DNA of 36,350 nt from Asterionella formosa (taxonomy: Eukaryota): NCBI GenBank assembly GCA_002256025.1, contig NKIB01015360.1:1-36350 (forward strand), given 5' to 3'. Under the pieces are notes generated by a model. That model did no database searches, was not told the origin of the DNA, and was given only the letters and a program-made list of their open reading frames with translations. The translations under genes and the position numbers were made by a program. Numbering within the stretch: the stretch's first letter is position 1; each line of letters opens with the position of its first letter. This document shows, piece after piece, positions 18,830 through 28,974 of this stretch.

Positions 18830-20736
18830 AATTCTATGTACTACCCAATATACTAGAGTAAGAATATTTTGTAAAGCTTGACGATCACTGAACTATTGGA
18901 AAATTCTTGGATATTGAATCATTGAATGAATCCTCGATCCATCAACAAGAAGGTACTGCCTTGCTTTGAATCTAACTCTACCCACCATCACCTCTTAATA
19001 ACCATCTTTCTATCCCCTTGATGCCTGAGCGTGCAGACAATTCTGCTTTTTCCTGCTGGGTTTCATTTGATGTCATTCAAGACGATGACTCTTGTATTTC
19101 CTCCTGGGTTGCATCATATGTCTTTAACAAAAACCATATTCCATCATGTCTCACGCAAATACTCCCCATGGCATCTTGAATGCCGCCTACAACAAGAGAG
19201 CGTGTATTCATTGTATTGGAAGAAATTAATGACGAAATGGCACCACAACCAACCTACTCTTGGAAAGTTCGTCATGCATCCATAATAGCACTATCATCAA
19301 AATGAATATTTCTATAACCAAATGATGCTCTTCCCTTTGAAGGAGTCTCCCACCAATTTTGGGCATATCCATAATGACATTCAAAGAAATGCAACAAATA
19401 AATGATGTCGAAATTGACAGTGACAATGTCAAAAGAAAAAACAAGCAATGTTCCATGCATTTCATGATGTTATCATTCTTCGCTGTTTTGTAAGAAGATA
19501 TATATTATCACAGATCTAGTACTAATTTACCTAATAAATAATCTTGCCCAATTCTGAAATCGTGACATATGCAATGTTGTCAGATTCTTACGTACAACTG
19601 TCCCTTTGTCAAAAGTATGGAATCCGTGGTAATCTTTTTCAGCAATCACTCTTGCAGTTACAGGGACCGGCTCAAAAATTCTCATCACAAACTCTATATT
19701 TTTCCCATGAATTCTTGATAGAATCAAAATCGGGATGAAAATAGAGGATCAGCATATAAAATTTAAGTTTGAAGAGACACTTTTTGGCGAAGTATAAAGG
19801 CGAGTTTACGAAAGACTAATACAGTACCACAGAGCAGATCACAGAATTTAATGGTATTCAAGCTACAAAGACCTCTGGGTCCCGATAGTCAATAATTCCT
19901 AAAAACGACCAATCCACCATGATGAAAGGCGCTATCCAAGCGGCCAACCAAGGACAGAAAGAAAAAATCATTCATTTGAGACAGAACCATTCAATAGTAA
20001 TGAAATCATCCAATAGAACGAGAGTGCAGAAAGAGAAGGAGGGGATGGAAAAGCAGAAAAAACCTAATGCAGGCGGAGCACTGAAAATTGGTGATTGCAT
20101 GGACGTCGATTTGGCATTAGACATAAACACTACAATTGAGTAATTTATAGCAATGATATCAACACAGAGTAGACAGAAGAAGGGCCATGCAAAAAAACAA
20201 GAGATATAAAAAGAAAATGAAGAAGTTTAATCCCTTTTTATGACAGTGAGTACTGCTACAATGCAAGAAGATGAATGCAAGAATGGCAAGAATATGCTAA
20301 ACATTGACAAGAACGAAGTGGAAGGCAGAGAAATAAAAAGTCACTGATGAAGAAATTGCGCCAGAGCTGGATGCACTGCTCAAAGCAATAATTTTATGAT
20401 GAAAAAGACAATGAAGTCAAAGACAAAGACAATGAGTTGGAGGCCCTGACATCACCAATTGTTATGAATACTTCAAATAGAACCATCAGAATTGGTGCCC
20501 AAATAGATTTCTTTAATCCAATCCACATTAACAGTCCAATTCTCCCGCTGACATGGGAAGTGCAGTCATTGAGAACTGAACCAAGAACAAAGCTACCACA
20601 AATGTTTTTTGAAAAGTACGTCCACATGAGGAGTGCCAAAGTGACAACCACCCAAACCTTTCCACTGCCCCACCCTACATGGGCCATTGATCGCAATGAC
20701 GGGCTCTCTAGAAATAGAATAGGAAGAATGCGTTAG
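18830..20736 (+). pseudogene. Heavily decayed coding-like sequence of unknown (probably TE) origin
   Basis: Chain of short, broken plus-strand frames, including a purine-rich E/K/D-coding stretch at 19900-20440 that runs into the 99-aa ORF 20437..20736. No family motif recognised. Confidence 0.3.
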
Positions 20737-21211
20737 TATAAAAATGATTAATATATGTTTTCGTTTGAAGGGTAAAATGTGTTGTAAGTGCCCCAGCATC
20801 TACCGGTAGTTCGAGTTTGTACATGTGAAATCCTCCATATGTATTATAGTTTAATCACCCTGTAATGTTCGGTAAAACAAGTTTTTTACTTAGGAAAGGA
20901 TTAAGCTCAATGTCTCGATAATTGGACCTTCCCTGGACTACCAATATATTACCTGGTTCCCAGGTACCTGGTCCCTGATACTACAACCGGCATGTAAGAA
21001 TACTGTACTCCGCCTACTATGCATATATTTCTTTTCAATTTCTCCCAGGACCTGGGACATCCGGAAAACGTGCTTAAAACCGTTGAACGGTAATAATTGA
21101 GTTAAGTTTTATTAGCTACCTCCAGAACTTAATATATATATTGAAAGCACGTCGTGCAAGGGCTGGCACGCTTCTGTGGAGGCTTGGTTTGCGCTCTTTA
21201 CCCTTGCTGGC

Positions 21212-21279
21212 TGCTTAAGTGAAAAATAAATAAGCGCTTGGTGCTTAAGTTGAAAGTAAATAAGCGTTTGGTGCTTATT
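21212..21279. repeat. 30-bp tandem repeat (about 2.3 copies)
   Basis: TGCTTAAGTGAAAAATAAATAAGCGCTTGG / TGCTTAAGTTGAAAGTAAATAAGCGTTTGG / TGCTTA. Confidence 0.85.
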
Positions 21280-21736
21280 ACTTAGGTAATTTCTTTCCAA
21301 AGTTACCTAAACACAGGATTCCGCTTTGACTACTTTGAATGCAGCAAGCACAAACCCAATTACCGGTATTCTCATCTTCGAGTCAGTATATATTGTGTAC
21401 GTGTTTAAAATGTACTCTAAGTATGGTGACTTGATGGTGGAAACAATGATATGTTGATGACGATCACAAGATACAACTTTTCTAAACAGATAAATAGTGA
21501 ATTGTAAATCAATTTTGGTTTTGGGCCTGATCTCTTGTAGACAAAAGCGGATCATTGTAGAACGGCGCATATGTACGAATAAGAAGCGTTTCAATGCGAC
21601 GATGAGGCATCGAGATATCTTCTTTGTCATTGAGCCCACTTGTGGGTTTCCGATTTTACCGTTTCTACTATATCTAATTAAAACTCACTTTTAACGCGCT
21701 TTCTATGACTACGAAGTTACAAGTGGAATTTCATAG

Positions 21737-21916
21737 CATGGCCTACCAACCAGTCCGTGTGCTTCTCTAGTTTTGTTAGCGTAGGGGAGTCCCCAACCAT
21801 CTTTCGCGAAAGGTGATTGTCTTAGCCGCAGCGTTAGGGGAAACCCCGACAGGCAAAATTCTTGTAGGGGGGGGGGGCAACCCATTTTTCCTTGCACACC
21901 ACCAGGCAAGGCCATG
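21737..21916. mobile_element. Putative 180-bp GC-rich MITE
   Basis: Ends CATGGCCT... and ...AGGCCATG are inverted, and TAG flanks both sides. It has an internal G11 run and is GC-rich against AT-rich flanks. Confidence 0.5.
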
Positions 21917-22870
21917 TAGCTAAAGGACGCACATCATACATGTACATGCGTGAAACAAATGACTTTTTCATAGTAAATATTGTCATATCGCGAAAATTGA
22001 AAAATTTTGTTGTACAAAATGTAAGATTACCTTGTTATAGTGATCTACGCAGATCATAGTGCTGATCTTAACCAGATTTTGACTGGTAGTAGTGTTGCAA
22101 CCAACCAATCTGGCTGGTGTGCTTTTTCAGGTTCATTACGTAAGTAGGGCTGATAAAAAAAATTACTGATGAAAACACATTCTGATCAATAAACCTGGTG
22201 ACGTGATGTCAAAAGTATCTGTGCATCTTTTTTCTGAGAAATGAGCTCAGACAAGAAGCAAATTTCTGATAGCAAAATTGAGATTGAAAACTCCATTTTG
22301 CTGTTAAACTGTGATATGCTATTTGCGTAGCCAATCATAATTTTGGTTTAGGGTGGGCGATCCTTGTTGCTGTTTCATGGGCTGGCATGTTGTGCTGGTC
22401 TGGTGTGTTTGGTGTTTGGTGATTGTGATTGTGATCGTGATATATAGTAGTACTATATATAAGCAAAGATTTTTACCACCACCATATTTCACCATCAGTG
22501 AACAATCGCCAATATCTGCTACTTCCAACAGCTAGCTAATTTTGGGGATACTAAACTATTTTTATTAGCTAGCTGAGGAATATTCTCATAGCTGTTTACG
22601 TATGTGAAAGGTGATGCTTGCCACATGCAACAATACCTGCAGTCAAAATTTTCCAATTTTCGGGTTGGTTGTTAATGCTAAATTTTTTTTTCTAGTTTCC
22701 CCGACTTTTTTGATGAGGCTTGTCAATAAAACCCTATAGTAGCTACTTTTAAGACTAATTCATATTAATCATCTGTAAAGACTGATTTGATACCCCGAAA
22801 AATTAATTAACATGACAAATCTAGTGACTTTCAAACAAGCAACCATGGTGGTACCTTTTAAGACCACTAA

Positions 22871-23762
22871 GGCCGTTGACCCAAACCAAAACCCAAAAAC
22901 TTTTTTTGGGTTGGTTTTGGTTTTGGTCAACTGACGAAAAAACGATGCTATCGGTTTTTGGGAAATCCTAAATGCTGTCAACCACCCATCTACTGTGACA
23001 TAGGATGACAAAACCATTATAAAAAAATTAAATATTTCTATTAGACTACTTTTATAAATGAAATATTATGATTCCTATTTGGGAATTAGTTAGTTTTCCC
23101 CACAATTTACTGGTAGTGCCGTAAATATATATACTCCGACCACACTTCTTCATGATGAAATACAACTGACAGCAGTTTCAGCAATCCAGACAGAATTGAA
23201 TGCCGCAAACAAAAACAATGGTGTCTTGGTACAAACGAATTGGCGATGCGCCATTACCTGCAACAAAACATCTACTGCTTACTAACCAGATATATTGATA
23301 CAATGGGACGTGGCGATGCACCAGTCCCAGTTGCCGGAGCTATGCCGCCACCAGCAGCCTCAGTTGAAGAGGACAACGAAGATGAAGTCCTGGTGGTGAC
23401 AGAAGATTGATTTATGTGTTGCGCATAATAAATCGAAGTCGATTTGTTGTTGTTGTTCTCGCCAGTGTGGTATGGTACCTGGGTACCTGTTACCCTGGTA
23501 CCTGGTACCGTATAGCTATTGTTGTATATAGATATGATATACTGGTACCGGCATATGATGCATGCGTCCTATATGTAGTGATTCTGCGACGATAACCTAA
23601 ACGTAATGCGTTTGGGTAACTTATTGGGATATGGGCACGGAATCCCCTAAACGTAATGCGTTTGTTGCATTGGGTTTTTCACTCCTGATAGCATCGTTTT
23701 TTAGGGTTACCGAAACCAAAACACTGTTTGGTTTGTGTTTTGGTCCACCATTAGCAACGGCC
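22871..23762. mobile_element. Non-autonomous TIR element, PIF/Harbinger (Tourist)-like, with TAA target-site duplication
   Basis: TAA|GGCCGTTG ... CAACGGCC|TAA. Imperfect TIRs of about 80 bp also share ACCAAAAC, GTTTTGGTTT and AAAAAACGATGCTATC/GATAGCATCGTTTTTT. It interrupts repeat A at a point where copy 1 is continuous. Confidence 0.85.
23200..23410 (+). pseudogene. Transposase-like C-terminal fragment inside the TIR element
   Basis: QTKTMVSWYKRIGDAPLPATKHLLLT/(frameshift)RYIDTMGRGDAPVPVAGAMPPPAASVEEDNEDEVLVVTED* aligns with QTKTMVLWYKQAGDLPLTTTKQLLLSRYHETMMHG from ORF 17399..17869. Confidence 0.65.
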
Positions 23763-24422
23763 TAAAACTTTGAAGCTAACAGGCCTGTCTATTTGGATTC
23801 ATTAGATAGTATGTACAACTGTTACACTAAACAGGTGAGGTTGTCTTTACAAAAATAGGGACAGTATAGTATTGGCTGGGACCAGAATGTACTAGCTTCA
23901 TATGTCATATTCGCTAGTAAAGCTGTACTATTTTCTAGTCGAAAATCAATCAAACAATCAAATAGTGTTCAAACCGTGCGTTTACTCCGTTTACCAGTGG
24001 CTTTTCTGTCAAAAGTCGCTGTAGCGGTGGCTTACAGTTTTTAGCTTGTAGTCTACTCTACCAGGGTACTGGTACCTGGTACTGCATACATCGACATGGC
24101 GACTGGTACCAGTAGTCTACCAGCAGGTACATCGAACAATGCGCGTACCTTATGTATGACTCCATGCCTGCGTCTGCACCATCACTGTCACACATAGTCA
24201 CCATCTAACGCACCGCCTGCAAGTGATGGCTGCCTATATAAAATACCGGTATTATCATAACAATCGTTATAAATCATTGATTAATTTCCAATATGTATAT
24301 ACAGCATATATATACAGCATAATTCATTTACAAATGAAACGAGGTTGTATTTTCTCCCACAAATGAACGGTACGCCTTTTGCTTATTGTTTGCTGAGGAT
24401 CTGTTCGACCAAGTTCAGCACG

Positions 24423-25957
24423 ATGTTGCGTAATTGTTTGGCTCAGTTGTGGCTGCTGCTTCTTCTTCTTTCTTCTTCATTGCTTGTGGTCCATGCGTTG
24501 GACGAAAAGGAATGCTTGTTGGGAGACGACGGAACATGCTTAAGTACATCCGCCACGAACGAATTATCATGCCACGATAACGAACAGTCATGTTCATTTT
24601 GGGCCAGTGAAGGCGAGGTATGAGCTGTGTTGTGTTGTGTGTCCTATTGCGTATCTCTCACTTACACTTTTTGACTATCCATTAATGTGTGAATCTTGTT
24701 GTATATCACAATAATAGTGTGATGCCAATCCCAAATACATGTTGTTGCAATGCCCGAAATCTTGTTCCGTATGTCATGTTCTTGACATTCAAGCGTTGAT
24801 TGATCAAAAATTAGCTCCTGACATTGATGCGACTGAATTAGGTGTACCTCAAATTGTGGACCAGGACCGGGCTCTGGAAGTAGAAGCACGTATTCAAAAT
24901 ATTACCAATTACTTTCAAACCATTGTCAAAGTGCAGGACGAGTATCAAAAAGTACGAAAGGAATGCAAAAATAGACATGAAAGCTGCGCCTATTGGGCAG
25001 TCCTTGGAGAGGTGAGAGTTGCTATAATTCTCTGTACATTTTCATTCCACATCACGAATGATACACACACTTACACTCACACCGCCAAAAACATTTATTA
25101 TTTCTATTACTCTGCAGTGCGAAGCGAACCCTAATTACATGCAACTTCAATGTGCCCCGTCCTGTTACAGTTGCCATTTGATTGATTTTGATCAACGGTG
25201 TCCATACGATCCCAAGGCTCCTATTATTTTGAATCCAGGGGATTTGGATCAACTATTTGTCAATATCACCACCTCGCCCGAAATGGCTAAATATGGACCC
25301 CTTATTCATAGCATGCCACATCCTCCAAAATCCTCAACAATTAAAGCAGGCCCATGGGTCGTGACTTTGGAAAATTTCCTCACAGACGAAGAATGTCAAA
25401 CTCTCATTGATCTGGGTGGCGTTGAGGGATACCAGATTTCCCAAGATGTTGGGAAAAGGAAATTCGATGGATCGTATGATGGAAATATCAACAAGGGACG
25501 TACGAGTACAAATGCATGGTGTCAAAAGGACTGTTTCCATAATTCCACGACCCAACAAGTCCTTCAAAAGATTGAACACTTAACTGGTATTCCTGATGAA
25601 AATTCAGAATTCCTTCAACTTTTGAAATATGAAGTGGGACAATTCTACCAACAACATCATGATTACATCCCTCACCATTTGGAGCGATCTGAGGGGGTGA
25701 GAATCTTGACTGTCTTTTTGTACTTAAATGACGTAACTGCCGGGGGTGGAACAAACTTTCCACTCTTGGACATTACTGTCATGCCCAAGAGGGGAAGAGC
25801 ACTGATTTGGCCAAGTGTTTTGAATGATGCTCCCAATGGTCCGGATCACAGAACCGAGCATCAAGCACTTCCTGTCGAAGAAGGAGTCAAATATGGGGCC
25901 AATGCATGGTTGCATCAAAAGAACTTTAAGGAAGCCTTTAATCGGTCGTGCCATTAA
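24423..25957 (+). CDS. Prolyl 4-hydroxylase alpha-like 2OG-Fe(II) dioxygenase with two ShK domains (442 aa); exons 24423-24617, 24718-25011 and 25118-25957
   Basis: Signal peptide; ShK1 CHDNEQSCSFWASEGE|CDANPKYMLLQCPKSCSVC; ShK2 CKNRHESCAYWAVLGE|CEANPNYMQLQCAPSCYSC. Catalytic motifs RTSTNAW, LQLLKYEVGQFYQQHHD, RILTVFLYLNDV..GGGTNFP and EHQALPVEEGVKYGANAW. Two phase-0 GT-AG introns of 100 and 106 nt. Confidence 0.95.
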
Positions 25958-26747
25958 CCCTACATGTTGATGAAGGGGCGAATGATGAAAAAGGCGCTGT
26001 CACATTATTTACCTTGGATTTTAGATCTTTCTTGAGTTTTAGGTTTTCTAGTTTAGGAAAAACTGTGATTTATATAGCAATTCTCATTGCAAGGCCACCA
26101 TGCTTAGTGTCCCTGCCAAACCAGTTGAAGGTATCCTTTCGGAGATACACGAACATCATTTCACCTACAATTGTAGTATTGTGCTGGCATATTTTACCTG
26201 GTTGTATCATGTACTTGTCCCCCACAGTTGTACTGTCATGCAAGTCCTCGACTGGATCACCAATGCTTCTATGGAATCATTTGATTAAATACAAGAGACT
26301 CCCAGAATTTATAGTCACATCACATCATCACATAGATACTGTATCGATCATCATCCTTTAGGATGGTTTCATAATGTAAAAGGTGTCATCATCTTTGGGA
26401 TGATGTTCTCTATGGTGAATTCATTGCTGATCATATTGTTGCCATTCTCTTCCTTTGCAAACTCATGTCAGCCTTGTTTTGTTGGATATCCTTCGCCCAC
26501 TTATATCGCATATGAAAGTTCTTCCAGTTCACATTCATTTTACTGAGCACTGATGTATTAACCTAGTTTCAGCCCTACCAGTACTCTGGCATGTCAGAGC
26601 CACTTTGGGTTCATTCATCCCAATTGCAGATGGATATTTGTGTTCAAAACATCTCACGCACAGAATGAGACAATTTTTTAATCAGATGATAAGAGAAGCT
26701 ATTCTTGGTTTGATCATATCAATAATTATAGCTCTAGATCTCATTGA

Positions 26748-28067
26748 TTATACCAATGGATCGATGCTCAAAACATTCATGGATGTTGTTATTGGTAACA
26801 TATTGGTAGCAATGGTTTTCAGGACTTGCAAAACATAAAAAGTTTTGAGCATGTTAGCTTCCAACAGAAGGTGCAATCCATCTGATGTTTGCGCATCTCT
26901 TGTAAGATTCCAGAAATCTATTATTGTGACATTCATTTCAATGGATGAAAAGTACTCTTCCATTTCTCGATTGAACACTACAGCCCGTTCTCGACGTTGG
27001 CCTGGTTGTTTATGATCTAAATTTCTTGATTGAGCCCCCACCGTGATCCATATGACATGGGCTTTGCCTCTTTTGACACAATCTATCCATTGCTGGTCCT
27101 CAAAAAGGTTCATAAATGCTTTTATAGTTCGACTTGAATCAAGGCGCAAATGAAGGCCTCCTTGCACCAGTAATACATTTGGTGAATAATAGTCGGATGA
27201 TTCACAGTTGCTCTTTACTATATCAGGAATATCATTGCTCCATGAAATAGAAAAAGGTTTCAGATGAGCACATACTCCTAGCTGATGAGAGCTTTCAGCA
27301 TGCTGGAAAAGTCCATCATTTTTGCGGCAAATTTCATGTTCACTGAATTGTCCATCGCATTTGCAATGCTCATACGTAGGAACACTGGTTGAATAAATAC
27401 CTCCAGATATATAATCACTCCTCATACCAATAAAAATACCTTGATGCATATGCCGTGATAGCGAGTCCCCAACGTTGAAAATGTGTGAAAACTGACTTAG
27501 AGTTTCACAGATTTCAAAAGTGGTCATTGCAGGAATATCACACTGATAGGGAACAAAGTAGGATGGATGGCGCTCTTTTTCTTCGGACGTTGCATTTTCA
27601 ATCTCAGGGTTATGTATCCACCTTCTAGATCCAAGTTTAATGGCTTTCAGCATTTTCTCCAAGGAAGTGCATGGTGCATCGTGATGTGCCATCATATCAT
27701 TCATTGTCAAGGAGAATGGGCGAGAATTGTTTTTGATCTTTTCTCTCCAGCCACCATCACGAAGGACGTCATTTCGTTGGAGGACAACATTGTTGCCAAA
27801 CTTGTTACAAAATTCAAAGTCTCTTTTGCTGATAATGACATTAGCGGAGTCCAGAGGAAAGGTATAGTTGTTGTCAAGACGAGTGGTATGGTGTACATAA
27901 GTGCTATGATTGGTCCCATTCTCCCTCTTTGACACGTAGTCAGGTTTACGAAAGCAATTCGGGGTCATGATGCCCATGAAAATAAAGTAGATACAAAGAC
28001 AAGTTCCGCCACCAATCACTCCCAGAAGGCGCACATTAACAAGAAATGAACCACTCCTCGGAGCCAT
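26748..28067 (-). CDS. Type II membrane GDS/DxxH protein (PC-esterase/SGNH-like; candidate glycan O-acyltransferase or esterase), about 439 aa
   Basis: ATG at 28067; TM segment LLGVIGGGTCLCIYFIFMGIM; FVPYQC preceding IFNVGDSLSRHM; LVQGGLH; C-terminal IIDFWNLT...TSDGLH. Confidence 0.7.
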   Translation of the reverse strand: MAPRSGSFLVNVRLLGVIGGGTCLCIYFIFMGIMTPNCFRKPDYVSKRENGTNHSTYVHHTTRLDNNYTFPLDSANVIISKRDFEFCNKFGNNVVLQRNDVLRDGGWREKIKNNSRPFSLTMNDMMAHHDAPCTSLEKMLKAIKLGSRRWIHNPEIENATSEEKERHPSYFVPYQCDIPAMTTFEICETLSQFSHIFNVGDSLSRHMHQGIFIGMRSDYISGGIYSTSVPTYEHCKCDGQFSEHEICRKNDGLFQHAESSHQLGVCAHLKPFSISWSNDIPDIVKSNCESSDYYSPNVLLVQGGLHLRLDSSRTIKAFMNLFEDQQWIDCVKRGKAHVIWITVGAQSRNLDHKQPGQRRERAVVFNREMEEYFSSIEMNVTIIDFWNLTRDAQTSDGLHLLLEANMLKTFYVLQVLKTIATNMLPITTSMNVLSIDPLV

Positions 28068-28974
28068 TTTGGGGAAACTCAAGCTTGTTTAATGCTCTCT
28101 CTTTTTATTATAAGGGTATAGGAATGCATAGCTAACTGATGGCCAACAACAGAAATCAATTGAAGGTAGGACTAGCTGGTGTAGCAAAAATTCAGCATGA
28201 AGGATAGTTTTTTTGAATTGTTGTGGTCGCCATTAATGATGGATCGGCCAGTCCCTGTGTGTTCACCTGTGGTACAATGTGACGAGGCTACCGGTATCAT
28301 TATTTCACATACCGGCATATATTTATCATATTCAGCCATACAAAATGATTTTTTTTTGTTTTGATGTTGATAAGTATGATACGCTATTTTATTTTATTTT
28401 ATTTTATCCCCCCCTTCTGCTCCATCCTCTATGTAATTATGTACAGTACCAGTACATACAGGTAACACATAAGACCTACCGGTAGTAAATAATAAGGCAC
28501 AGTCGAGCGAAAGTGAGATTTAACATGGTTACAGTAAGGAGCAGGCGGACTCTTGGTGGCGTTGGGTCTAGCGGGGTACCAGGTAAACTACTAACTATTA
28601 ACTCTATATAATTACCGGTAATGGTTGAGATCAGTTCCCGGTATGACCGGTACCGGCACATGGTATATGATTCAAGGCAGGGGCTTTGGATTCTGAAAAG
28701 TTTCCTGTTACAGTACTACCTGGTCCCACCGGTATCATAGTATCGTCGTATGTACTAGTGTTTTTATCCCATCCTTGTCGCACTCAATTGTGGTCAATTA
28801 ATTTGCTTCATTTAAACGACAGGGTTTATGTACACCAACCTCGATTGGCTTGATCAACATAGAGAGATCATCATTTTGTTCAGAGAGCAGATCGAACAAG
28901 GCCTGTTGCATTAACACATTTATATTACAAATGAGTATTACATTCATTCATAGTATAAATGAATCAGAGAAATA

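Larger units (their letters stand above)
22622..23962 (+). repeat. Dispersed repeat family A, copy 2, split by an 892-bp insertion
   Basis: 22622-22870 matches ~3416-3650 and 23763-23962 matches ~3663-3852. Confidence 0.9.

Noticed and set aside
26090..26720. Minus-strand relic reading EALVIQSRTCMTVQLWG..QPGK..YNCR
   Set aside because: It looks like a decayed TE-type ORF but is too fragmented to assign without a search.
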